Position numbers and translations under genes: made by a program
Assembly: GCF_030684315.1 (NCBI RefSeq)
Contig: NC_081371.1
Location: forward strand, 17,851,440 to 17,915,439
Source of the DNA: Stegostoma tigrinum
Taxonomy: Eukaryota
DNA length: 64,000 nt
Direction of reading: 5' to 3'
Part shown: piece after piece, positions 14,286 through 26,400 of the stretch
Numbering within the stretch: position 1 is the first letter of the stretch
Layout of the letters: each line of letters opens with the position of its first letter
Notes under the pieces: model-generated
What the model saw: only the letters and a program-made list of their open reading frames with translations
Told to the model about the DNA's origin: nothing
Database searches by the model: none

Positions 14286-14810
14286 TTAGGTGCATTATTT
14301 CCTTCTATAAGGGCTGGAGATGATCTTCACTGCTTTGAGCAAGCGATACTAATGAAATATTTGTCAGTACATGCAGACTTCATGCTTTATTTAGAAAAAT
14401 CAAGCTTTCTACATGTTTCAGAAAAACTTCTTGAGTAAACCATATGTACTGACAATGCTGATGTCCTTGAATATGGACCTGAATCTTCCCAGCTACTATT
14501 ATAAGCCAGAGCCTGCTGACTTTCCAGACTGTAGTATGTTTGGCAGCTTTCAAATGCCAGGAAACTGAAAGTTGAAATTCCTGGTAATTGCCACATTGTC
14601 AGGGGACCTCGGATTCAAAAAGCTCGGCCACTACGTCCAACATCTTTCCTAGGGTATCGATATCTGCTCATCATGAATCGAAATTCACAAAATAACAACA
14701 TTTAGTAAAAACCTGCTATCTTGTTGCTGCTATAGTCAAAACAAAGGTGGTTTTGTGACCAATTATCCTTTGGCTCATCAGCATTGTTTAGTTTTATCCT
14801 ATGTTTGGTG

Positions 14811-14990
14811 CACTAAAAATGCTGGCACTCAAATTCTGCAGTCACTGCCTGGCGCTCTCTATCCCTTTATTCCCAAGGACACCGTTTCGGAGTTCTGAAG
14901 GGTCACTGGGCCCAAAACAATTCTACATTCTCTCCGCAGATGCTGTCAGATTTGATGAGTTTCTCCGGCTATTTCTGTTTCAGTTTTAGA
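14811..14990 (+). mobile_element. PLE 3'-end remnant (second family)
   Basis: gttctgaagggtcactgggcccaaaac decayed hammerhead followed by cagatgctgtcagatttgatgagtttctcc. Confidence 0.6.
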
Positions 14991-15014
14991 TTTTTTTTTG
15001 TTGTTGTTTCCTAT

Positions 15015-15730
15015 TAGAATTATATAGGTTTCTACAAGATTCACTCTCTGTCTTCTAACCGCCACTGAATTTAATCCTAGCCAATTTAGTCTCTTCATAC
15101 ATCACTCCTACCATCTCAGGGACCAGTCTGATAAATCTTTGTTGCACTTCCTCCATAGTCAGAAAATCCTTTCTCAGATATGGAGGCCACACAATACTCC
15201 AGATGTGGCCTCATACAATTGCAGCAAACCATCTGTCTTTCTACACAAATCCTCTCGTAATGAAGGCCAACATTCCACTTTCCTTCTTCACTGTCTGCTG
15301 CACCACATGCTTACTTTCAGTGACTAGCGTACTAGGACACAAAGGTGTTTTGCAACTCCCTTGTCTTCAATCTATCACCTTTCAGATAATAATATGCCTT
15401 TCTGCTTTTGCAACCACAGGGAATAACCTCACATTTATCCGCAGTACATTTGATCTGTCATGTATTTGCCCAATTACTCAACTTGTGCAAATCACAGTGA
15501 AGCATCTCTGCATCCTCTTCACAGCATACTTGGTTCCTTTAATTCCTAAATCGATGAGATATTTGTGAATAGCTAGGATCCTAGTACTGGTCCCTGTACC
15601 ACCTCACTGTTCACTGGCTGCCATTCAGAAAATGACATGTATATTCCTACTCATTGTTTCCTGTCTGTCAACGTGTTCGCTATCCATCTCACTATCCTCA
15701 GATCTATATACACTAATTTTACATGTTAAT
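15015..15730 (-). mobile_element. Degenerate CR1 fragment
   Basis: Reverse complement of CR1 RT C-terminal region. Confidence 0.7.
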
Positions 15731-15731
15731 C

Positions 15732-16055
15732 TCCGGTTTCCTCCCACAGTCCAACAATGTGCAGGCTAGGTGGATTGGCCATGTTAAATTGTAACGTTTA
15801 GGGATGTGTAGATTAGATGGGTTACAGGGGACGGGTCTGGATGGGATGCTCTGAGGGTTGGTGTGGACTTATTCGGCTGAAGGGCCTGTATCCACACTGA
15901 AGGGATTCTATAATAATAAAAAAATTAGAATCCTAGAATCCCTACGGTGTGGAAGCAGGCCATTAGTGGCCCAACGAGTTCACACCGATCCGCTGAACAG
16001 CATCCCACCCAGACAACCCCTCCACTTCCCATGACTAACCCACCTAACCTCCCTG
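15732..16055. mobile_element. Two partial HE1-like SINEs tail-to-tail (+ ~15732-15912; - ~15925-16055)
   Basis: ccggtttcctcccacagtcca...ggtggattggccatg V-SINE core and CR1-derived tail; the second copy is the reverse complement of the tail. Confidence 0.8.
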
Positions 16056-16485
16056 GTCAATACAACTACCTTCCTTTTGGGGCATTTTCTGTGTCAGAAG
16101 GAAATTCTGACTGTAAGTCAACATATTTGAGGTGCTTTGGTCCCAAGACAGAAGGAATAAATGAGATTCAGTAAATACAGGGCTGTTCCAAGATATATTA
16201 GCAACTATCCACCATTCCCTCAACCCTAAAGAAACGACCCATGGGTCGTCTTCTATAGCTGTGACAGCTCTTGAAAATTGCCCAAGTGATGACTTGCTTG
16301 TAGGGTTTTAACCAAACCTGATCCTACACTTAACTATTTCCCCCCCACTTAGGCATTTCCCAAAAGAAGTCAGTGTAACACAACAACAGACCAGGCTCAT
16401 TCTCCTTCATCCCCAGTGAAAGAATATTGAGACATATTCCAGCACTCTCCCTTGAATTATTGCTGAAGATACAAAAATGTTAATT

Positions 16486-16660
16486 ATAGAACATAGAACA
16501 TAGAACACAGAACATAGAATATTACAGCACAGTACAGGCCCTTCGGCCCTTGATGTTATGCCGACCTGTCATACCGATCTCAAGCCCATCTAACCTACAC
16601 TATTCCATGTACGTCCATATGCTTGTCCAATGACGACTTAAATGTACGTAAAGTTGGCGT
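16486..16660 (-). mobile_element. Short CR1 3' end with (TTCTATG)n tail
   Basis: agaacatagaacatagaacacagaacatag followed by acaggcccttcggccc, the same terminus type as at 648. Confidence 0.85.
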
Positions 16661-16770
16661 ACATTAATTCATCTAATTGAACTGTGTAACTGAAGAATCT
16701 CTCCAACGTAATAAAATGTGAGACTGGATGAACACAGCAAGCCCAGCAGCATCTCAGGAGCACAAAAGCT

Positions 16771-16798
16771 GACGTTTCGGGCCTAGACCCTTCTTCAG
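16771..16798 (-). ncRNA. Minimal type I hammerhead ribozyme motif
   Basis: CUGAAGA-A-GGGUCUAGGCCC-GAAAC-GUC on the minus strand; stem I only ~2 bp, activity untested. Confidence 0.7.
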
Positions 16799-17144
16799 AG
16801 AGGGGGATGGGGTGAGGGTTCTGGAATAAATAGGGAGAGAGGGGGAGGCAGACCGAAGATGGAGAGAAAAGAAGATAGGTGGAGAGGAGAGTATAGGTGG
16901 GGAGGTAGGGAGGGGATAGGTCAGTCCAGGGAAGACGGACAGGTCAAGGAGGTGGGATGAGGTTGGTAGGTAGGAGATGGAGGTGCGGCTTGGGGTGGGA
17001 GGAAGGGATGGGTGAGAGGAAGAACAAGTTAGGGAGGCAGAGACAGGTTGGGCTGGTTTTGGGATGCAGTGGGTGGAGGGAAAGAGCTGGGCTGGTTGTG
17101 TGGTGCAGTGGGGGGAGGGGATGAACTGGGCTGGTTTTGCTTCT

Positions 17145-17172
17145 CTGATGAAGGGTCTAGGCCCGAAACGTC
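17145..17172 (+). ncRNA. Minimal type I hammerhead ribozyme motif
   Basis: CUGAUGA-A-GGGUCUAGGCCC-GAAAC-GUC; palindromic ACGU in place of stem III. Confidence 0.72.
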
Positions 17173-18118
17173 AGCTTTTGTGCTCCTGAGATGCTGCTGG
17201 GCCTGCTGTGTTCATCCAGCCTCACATTTTATTATCTTGGATTCTCCAGCATCTGCAGTTCCCATTATCACTGATACAATCTCTCCAACGTACTTTCTTA
17301 CACTGAGCCTATTATACTTCCAAAGCGATTCAAAAGAAAAAAATGTTTTTTCAAGACCCTGTCTGTGCATTAGGACAACAACTGATAGCACGGTCAATAA
17401 TTAGTGATAAATAATCAGTTTCTTTAATGTGAGTCACTTTGAGTGCATTCATTGGGAGATTATTACAACGTTAGAGTATCTGAATCTACTTCCGTTTTAC
17501 TCATTATTAGGAAGATTAGTAAATATTAATACACAATGCAATTATAGTTTCACACTGGAATTGAACAAAAAGTCAATATTTTCTCTTCATTCACTACTTT
17601 ATAATTTAGTGATTACTCATATCTAACACTAATTTCACAATTTCAATTCAGTATTATCCATTAATTGAGAAGTTGAAGCAATATTAAAAAGGAAAACTTC
17701 ATCATAGATACATATTACTCTGACATCCTTCATTATCAATTTACTGAAAACGTATTAGGTCTTCAAAGTACCACTCACTGACCATAGCAACAGGGAAGTG
17801 GAAGTCTACTTGGGCAGGGGGGGTTGAAATGTTGTCAAAGAATCAGCAATGGAATTATTATTCACTCTTTTAACAGTACTTTTGAGCCTAACAGAAACGA
17901 GAGCCAGACAGGAAAGTGGATGTCAGGCCGCAGTCAGGTGAACTGAAATAGATTCAGACCCTACACCTTTGTTATAATACCCCAACAAATGCACTGAAAG
18001 TGATTCATGTAGAGAAACGACCATTATTTGTCACGAACTATCTTAGCTTATGAATGGCAGAGCAGGTGTGGGGCTAAATGGTTAAAACTCAAATGTTCAT
18101 ACGTCGTATTATCTTTAC

Positions 18119-18211
18119 CTGAGGTAGCACTGCTGGTCCTTGGCCCGCCAACCTCTGCAATGAGCTGACCTGGGGGACCTTAATGGGCACTGCAGTAATA
18201 GTTCCCAGCGT
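18119..18211 (-). CDS. PHF21B: PHF21B internal coding exon (31 codons, phase 0/0): [31 protein letters not shown]
   Basis: cttgtgcag acceptor, CAG|gtaaag donor, 93 nt. Nearly matches human PHF21[32 protein letters not shown] (recalled). Too short for the supplied ORF track. Confidence 0.93.
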
Positions 18212-19289
18212 CTGCACAAGTAAAAGGAATGACAACATATTAGAGTCAGAGACGGTTCATGAGTTACTTCCGAAATTATGTTATTGAACCTACGGATGAA
18301 ATTATGGTTTCTACAGAATTTGTAATTTAAAACATTACAACAATTGACATTTAGCTATTCAACATTAACCATTAGGAAATATTTTCCTCAAGTGAATATG
18401 TAAAAGGAGCTATGAATAGAATAAATCCTGCACACAAACACAATACTTCATTCCATGCGAGAATTTGGCTCTTGAAGGAACTAAAATAATTTAATATTTC
18501 AAGTACACACTATCTTTATTCTCATTGATTTTGGAGACCCAAACTTGCACAGTTCAGACATCAATATTAAGTATGGAGGTGGAGCAATTAAAATATTTCT
18601 TCAACTCCTCCAATTCTTATTATTCTCCCTTATTGTTACGGCAGCTTCATACTTATTTAGTTGGAGAACTTGGTCTTGAAGGGTTATGAAAACCTGTAAT
18701 TTTCTTCCCCCCAGAGAAAGGCCAACAAACATTTTTATATCAAGGCATTTTTTGAACGTCATATCATGTGGTAACCGCTTATTTACTGCCGATCCCTGCC
18801 AGGATTTACGACAATCAAGTTACAGCTTCTGTTTTGCTGACTACTCAGATTTTTACTTGGCGGACAGCCTGTGGAAGGAGAAGAGCTTTTCAGTACCGCT
18901 CTCCCACTCCTAAAAACCTTCTGTTGTGGGTCTAGTGTTATACCTGATACCCTGGTGCAATCTTAACTCAAGTTATCCTCAAAAGCATTCAGCACAATAT
19001 TCAATACTGTGTTTCTTCAAGCTGCTTTGGCAAAAATCCCATAGACATCTACTTGTGCTTGGAGACGTCTGTCTTTGCACACCAGAATGCCTGATTGACA
19101 GCTGTCTGAGCATTCTGCACCTTTTCCTTTTTTGCCTTCAAATGACCCAGAAGTGAATCTTTGCGAAGAGAAATCCATTTTTCTTCTTTTCCTAGTATGA
19201 CTGCACATGTCTATTTACAGGAATATGCAATTATATTTTCACATTTGTCATCAGCAATCACTTGCTAACAAGTTGGAAATTCTAAATCA

Positions 19290-19830
19290 CTTAATGGATT
19301 AGGTAGGTCCTTCATGGCTGGTGAGCCCAATCCTATAGCCACATCTCCAACCACACATCTAGCAGATCCTTGGCCTTGAAATTTCTGGCATTCCTTTCTC
19401 CAGTTCCTTTTCCATACTGCCTCTTCCAGAGGCGTTCTTAAAATAAAAAGAAGTGTACTTTCATACAGGAAGTTCCTTCAAGTCAAGAACATTGACATCT
19501 ATGTTGCATTTCATGAGGGAAGCCTTCAGGGAAATCTCTGAAGATTTCCTGTGTTGTCCTCTTGTTTCAGAGCCTTCCTTGAGCTGGACAAAGATGACCT
19601 GCTTTGGCAGTCGGAACTCAAGCATCCTAAACAGAACCAACTCCAACAGAACTGGTTCCAAATATTCGTGGCCTTGACTGTGTTGGGTCCTTCAAGGACG
19701 TGATGTTAGCACACGTGGAGAATTTATCTCAAACAGTGCTGATAGCACTTCCCAAGAGCCTTTAGGTTGTATATACATGTAGTCCAAATTTTGAAACCCA
19801 TATAAGAGTCGGAAGGCTGGCTGCCCACTT
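19290..19830 (-). mobile_element. RTE-clade LINE 3' fragment
   Basis: RMLEFRLPKQVIFVQLKEG...SLKASLMKCNI resembles the RTE/BovB-type C-terminus. Confidence 0.75.
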
Positions 19831-19929
19831 TCATATTACAAACTCTATCAACAAATTTACATCTTCACAGAATAAGTTGTTCAATAAACAAAAAAAAATT
19901 ATGGAAGATGACTTGATGTGAGCACAGAA

Positions 19930-22210
19930 ATTAGCATAATCAAATTTGTAGATGACAGTAAAATGGGTGGGAGAGTAAGTTGCAATTAAGAAGAAATCTA
20001 TAAATGAATAGGTGCAGAGAATGGGTGTGAGATCATCCATTTTGGTCAGAGGAATAGAAAGGCAACTTATTACCTAAATGGAGAGAAACTTCAGAGGGCT
20101 TCAGTGGAGAGAGATCTCAGTGTCCTTGTGCATGAATTGCAGAGCACTGGTATGCAGGTACAGCAGGTTATAACAAATGCAAGTGGAATTTTGGCATTTA
20201 TTGCGAAAGGAATAGAATATGAAAGGGGGGAAGCGTGGCTGCAACTGGATGTAGTTGTATTGAAGACAGTTCAAAGGAGGATCACTAGAGATTGACTCTG
20301 CGGATGTGGGGTTTGTCTTGTGAAGACAGATTGAGCAGTCTAGGCCTATACTCTAGAGTTTAGACGAATGAGAGATCTAATTGAGAGGCTAAAGAGGGTT
20401 GTCAAAGTAGATGTAAAAAGGATGATTCCTCATGTAGGGCAAACTAGATTAAGAGGTCAGTTTTAGGATAAGTAGTAGCAGATTTCAAACCGAAATGAGG
20501 AGAAAGTACTTTGCTGAAAGGGTCATGAATTTGCATAAGTCACTAGCCCAGAGTGTGGCTGATTCTGGGGCACAAAGTAAATTTATGGAGGCAATAGTTA
20601 TGTTTTTAATGATTCATGGGTCAAAGGCTTATGAAGAGGGGTCAGGAAAGTGGAGTTGAGGGTGAGATGAGATCAGCTATGATTGGATCAAATGGCAGAG
20701 CAGGTTCAAGGTGCTGAAATGTCTACTCCTGCTCCTAGTTGTTATGTTCTAAAATAGGGAACAAGGTGGAAACAAGAGAAAGAACAGGAAACTGCAGGCA
20801 AGTCAGCAATTCTGAGGGACACAATTTATCTGCACTCAGAGGCAGAGATTAATTAAGATCCAGTCAATGTGGTTTTGTTAAAAGAGAGGTCATTTCTCAA
20901 CAACATAATTGAATTTTCCAAAAAGTTGAGCACGTGTGCCAATGAATGCCATCCATTCAACATAGTCTGCTCTTCAGCAAGGCTTTTGATAAGGTTCTGC
21001 ATAGAGAGAGATGCTTAGCAAAGATAAGAGCTCATGGGATCCGCAAAAATTTTGTTACTTGGATCCAGAATTGGCTGAACACATGAAGCACAGGATGTTG
21101 ATCAAGGATTTTGTGTGTGACTGGAAGCCTGTGTCTAATGGGGTTCCGTGGTGATCAGTGTTGGGACCATTGTTGTTTGAGGTAAATATGAGCCATGCAA
21201 AAAATTTGCAAATGATGTGTAAATTAGTGCAGTGGTAAATAGTGAGGAAGATGGTCCTAGATTACACAAAGGTAACAGATGTGGCAGTCAGATGGGCTGA
21301 TCGATGGCAAGTGGAACTTAATCCAGCTAAATAGGAGGTCATGCACGTGGGCAAGACAACGAGGCAAGGGGATATATGAGTGGTAGGACCCTAGGAAGCA
21401 CGAAGGTTCAGACTGACTTTGGTACACATGCCCACCAGTGCTTTAAGTCAGCAGGACAGTCAGAATGGCTAAGAAAGCATATTTTGCTTTTATTAGCTGA
21501 GGCACAGAGTTTAAGCTGGAGGTTATGCTGGAACTGTATAACCTGTCAGTTAGGTCAAAGCTAGAGTATTGTGTGTAGTTCTGGAATTCATATTACAGGA
21601 CTGCACTGGAAAGGGTGCAGACGAGATTTATGAGGGTGTTGCATGGACTGGAAAGTTTCATTTATGAAGAAAGATTGGATGGCCTGGGGTTGTTTTCCTT
21701 GCAGCAGAAGAGACTGAGGGGGCACATGACTGGGATTTAGAAAATTGAATGGCATAATGTAAACAGGAAGGAACATTTCCCCTTGGAGAAGGGATCAATG
21801 ATGAAGGGGCAAAGATTTAAGGTTAGGAATTAGGTTGAGAGAGGGTGTGAGGAAATTATTTTTCATTCACAGGCTGATGGGAATCTTGAACTACCGCCTG
21901 TATGAGTGAAAGAGGCAGAAACCCTCAGAGGCAGTCAAGAAAAATTTAGATGTGCATTTGCAATGCCAGGGCACACAAAGTTATTGACCAACTGCTGAAC
22001 AAAGGGATTAGAATGGTCAGTATTCTGAGGAAGAGTCAGATGACCCAAAACATTAACTTTGATTTCTCTTCACAGATGCTGCCAGACCTGCTGAGCTTTT
22101 CCAATGATTTCTGGTTTTATTTGTGTGTTAGAATAGTTAGGTCATGCTGCTTTCAAATGGCACAAACTGAATAGGCCAAATAGTCTTTTTTCTCTGCTGT
22201 AGACCTCTAT
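19930..22210 (+). mobile_element. Two consecutive degenerate CR1 3' halves (~19930-20750 and ~20760-22210), the second containing a PLE-end remnant at ~22021-22120
   Basis: ERDLSVLVH, FSKAFDKV and GVP-SVLGP remnants; two CR1 3' UTRs. Confidence 0.8.
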
Positions 22211-22320
22211 GACTCTATAAACTAGAGTAATAAATCTTTTCATTCCAAGTCTAATACAGAGAAAGCATTCAATTGACTAGACGACAACTGCATAAAATCA
22301 GTTAAACTTATGTTGTAATA

Positions 22321-22515
22321 AAACAGACATGGCAAAGAAACTCAGCAGCCCCGGATTCATCAATTAAAGGGAGAAACAAAGTTAATGTTTAAGTCTGATA
22401 TGTCTCTCCTTCAGACTCAAAATGTTTCTCTCACAGTGGATACCACCAGTCTTGCTGAATTTCTTCAGCACTTCTTCCTTTATTTCAGACCTCTAGTATC
22501 CACTGTACTTTGCTT
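22321..22515. mobile_element. Decayed palindromic PLE-end element (second family)
   Basis: aaactcagcag...gttaatgtttaagtctga faces tcagactcaaaatg...ttgctgaatttc, followed by a tail-like segment. Confidence 0.55.
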
Positions 22516-23284
22516 AATTTTGTTATGATCTGTAGGGTACAAGACAAGAAAAAGACAGTGACCTCTTCACATCTCACTTATAACATGGAGAGTTGAATAA
22601 GCATGCAAGGGCACAGAATGCAAAAATTTCACCACAACTCTTCCACTACACACAGAGATCACGAAGGAAATGCAAATTTTGGTGGCTTTGGAGATTTCTG
22701 CTTTGACCATGGAGGAGTAAAGTTGGAGGATATGAGAAAAAGAAAGACTGTGCATGAGGTCATGATTGGGGAAAAACTGGAAGTGAAGAAAGAAAAGGCC
22801 CACAGCAACACATAATACAGCTTTGAGAAAGTTATATGCAGCATGCTCTGTTCTAAAGGGGAAAGGAACTAGAGATTTTGCTTTCATTTTCTGAGTATGG
22901 ATGTAAGGAAACTTCCAGATCGGCGAAAGAAGGACTGTTTTTAAAGTTATAATTGTTTCCCATATGAACATCAACTGATGTTTCATTTTGGCCATTGTAG
23001 GTATCTGCATGTGCTGTTTTGAGTTTATGAATTGTTTTTCCTATTCATGTATACTGTTTAGAGTGTACATAGAAATATGAAGATCGTTGAATACAATCAT
23101 TTCAACCTAAGATTTTGAATTCACAGTTGGAGAAAATTCTGGGTTTTAAGTTAGAAAAGTGAGTATGTCACACAACTCAAACTCCGTCAAAATATTTTAA
23201 TTTTAATTTTAACTGAAAATCAATCTCTTGTTCAGTTTTTACAGTAATTCAGAAAGACATTTGAAGGAAGGGAAGAAATTTCAA

Positions 23285-23437
23285 AAATAAAAGCAAAACA
23301 CTGCAGATGCTGGAAAAATGAAAGTGGAGGAGCAACTCAGCAGCATCTGTGGACGAACAGAGTTAACATTTAGAACCCAATATTGCTCTTCTTTGGAGCT
23401 GAAGAGTCATATTAGACTCGAAACATGAACAGTCTCT
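23285..23437. mobile_element. Decayed palindromic PLE-end element with hammerhead-like motif at 23399-23428
   Basis: ctgcagatgctgga tail, then an inverted decayed motif, then ctgaagagtcatattagactcgaaacatg. Confidence 0.55.
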
Positions 23438-26400
23438 GACAATACATCGAAGATGCTTGCGTTTGGTTTACAATTTTAAACCTGAATTATACTGGAAAAG
23501 TGATTTTCTTTAATTGTTTTATGGAACGCGGGAGCCACTGGAAATCCAATATTTGTTACTATTGCCTAATTGCCCTGGAGAAGGTGCTAGTGAGTCACTT
23601 TCTTGAATTGCTGCAATCTGTTCAGTAGAAGCCCATATAGACTGCAAATTAAGTTGTTAAAAAAACTTTCATTGGGCCCACACTCAAATTCTCACTATAA
23701 TAAATTATATGTGAATTTCTACTTCTAGATAAAATTAACTGGCTTTTCTGCTCACTTCCAAGAAGTCGGTGGTTTGAAATGACTGTTCAATTCTCTTGGA
23801 GATCCCAGAAAACTAGACAAGAAGAAAGGACGTATTCTGCTGGCATGATGATAATGATCTGTTGACATCTTGCAGGTAGACTGCAACAAAACATCAACAC
23901 TATGAAACAACTTACCTTTGAGACTGCATGAACCTGACACAGTTGACATTGATTGATGATGTCTGTATTTGTCTCCTTTTGAAGTGCAGAGGCATTAACT
24001 TCACAAGCACCGTTTTATATAATCACATTAATTGTTTTTAAACCTCGCAAGCAATAATTTTCATCTAGAAATTCATTTGAGGTTGTTTGATATTTTTGAA
24101 TCATTAGGTGTTAGCATAGGTTTACTAAATTCAATGGAATGCAGTTTGGTTTTAAGTTTGCATATAAATTGAAACCCTTTTACAAGCATGCTGCTAAGTG
24201 ATCTATATATAGAAATTCGTACATCTGAATATTGTGTCATACTGTTCAAACCAATCGCTTCTAATTCTTGACTGTGATCATTTACAGTTCCATCAACACA
24301 AAGTGACCACAGACCAATATACAAATGGCATCTTGAGATGCAGCAATTCTACTTTGATCCCAATAGTGTCATCTGGAATGGTGTTTATGAAACAGAGGTT
24401 CTGAATAGCTTCAGTGTTTGAATCAAACAACTGTTGTACACATTATTATATAGCTGAAAACGAACGGACTATATCCACACAACACTGGATCAAACACGAG
24501 GTGTGAGCTCTTAAGAATTATTATTCAAATGGAGCCCAATAACTGCAGGTGATGTTTCAACTGTAGTTTCAAACTAAATGTTTCAATTGTGTTGGTAATA
24601 TTAAATTTATTACCGATGGTATATTTAAAAGCAAGGCACACAATCAGCAATGCTATTATCAGTCTTAATTGACTGCACAAGCGATACTCAACAGGCTTCT
24701 GTTGGCAAAAACCAAAGAGAGCAAGGATCTTATATCAGAACATACCTTGCTGTTCATGGGATCACCACATGATAAATTAAAACTATTTTCAGGATTAAGT
24801 GCTGAAAACAGGAGAAGTCACTCATCTCTATCTTAAGAGCTTGGAAACATTTTATCATAATAAAGTGTCTGGTTGAATCTGCAATCACGATAACAGAATC
24901 TGTAGAAGAGGTTGATGAACAAGTGGTTCATGTTCACTCAATATTATCTGAGGTCCACACTGAGGCTCTGAATGTACTATAAAATTACTGTTAATAGAAA
25001 TGGAATGCAGGGATGTAAAGCTAGAATTTAGTGTTGAGTTGAACCATGCTCTAATGCCAAGGCTAGATAGCCAAATGCTCCAATGATTTGTGAATTCATT
25101 GATGACCAGATAAACAATCTTACATAAGTTGATTGAACGATCATGACGGGGAGGGTAACGAGCTTGTGAAAACAAGGAACTGATTTTGCAGCTGTTACTT
25201 TTATGTTTGCAGCTTTACATGTTTAAAAAACAAGACAAAAGTACTGTTGAAGAAAAGTTGGCATTATGTTGCAGTATTCCTCATAGATGGTATGCTTTGC
25301 TGCCACAACATGCATGTTGTGGGGAGTGGGTGAATGCTTAAGGTAGAGATGGTGTCAGGATCGAGTGGTCTGCTACAACCTGTATAGTTTCAAGCTTTCA
25401 GCTATGGGAGCTGTGCTTATTCAGGCAAGTGGACAGTAGTCTACCCCTCTCTTGACTTACGCCTTCTGGGTGGTTGATAGGCTTTAGGGAAATCAACAGT
25501 TAAGTTCCTCCTTGTCAAATTCCCAATTACTGACCTGCCATTGTAGCCGCAGTATTTATGCGATTGATTCAGTTCAGTTTCTGGTCAATGGTAACCCAAT
25601 GGTAACAATCTTTGCTTTCAGTTTAATCATTTTGGTAGAGCCGAATAAGCTGTCAATTTACATAAAAGAGTCTTCATTTAAGTGGGCAAGAATACTTCAG
25701 ACATAGCTCAGAAACAGCAACTACTTTTCTAAATTTATAAAAGGTGATAGCCCAACTCCTATGTAGAAACATGCCCAAAGCCTAGACTGAAATTTCAATA
25801 TAATGGGTATATGTCAGAGGTTACGTGAAACAATATCCCTAACTATTGACTATATGGGTACATTAAAAAATGTCATGACATTGTCTGAAGTGATGTGGGG
25901 AGTCTCTGGGCAATAAATAATTCTTAACCAATATCACTTTTAAAAAATCCAGTAGTAAACACATCAATATCTGTAGGGCCAAATTGGCAGCCCTATTTTC
26001 TATAAAACACCAATAACAATTTTAAAAAAGGTATTTCATTGACTGTAAAACTTTGGAATGTCACCAGATCATGAAAGGTACAATATATAAGCAAGTTCTT
26101 TCTTTATCTTCTAAAATGGTGTAAACTTATGTTATTAACACAATAGCAGGGTCAGAAATAACGCAATTTTCTATATTAGCATAATGCTCAAAACAAAAAT
26201 ATCTAAACATTCACTAAAATAGTATTGTTGAAACTTTTAAGATGAGCATTTACAATTAAACACTTGCTTAATCAAGTGTTTAATTATTTTATGCATTCCA
26301 TTACATCCTCTACCACCATGTTCACTCTAAATGAAACACAATATTGTCTGTACAAAATTTTAACATTGTTTACTCCTAATTGTTCACTTCTTCACACAAC

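Larger units (their letters stand above)
16711..17277 (+). mobile_element. Non-autonomous PLE insertion: inverted 3' arm (~430 bp) plus tailed 3' arm (~135 bp)
   Basis: TSD AATCTCTCCAACGTA at 16696-16710 and 17278-17292; arms homologous to the 3' end of the 35-38.7 kb PLE. Confidence 0.92.

Noticed and set aside
18119-18211. Apparent frameshift in the small PHF21B exon
   Set aside because: Careful re-reading gives CAG AGG TTG GCG; the exon is 93 nt and in frame.
22567-23010. 147-aa minus-strand ORF as an extra exon
   Set aside because: No recognisable homology or convincing splice context; PHF21 homology leaves no gap between the called exons.
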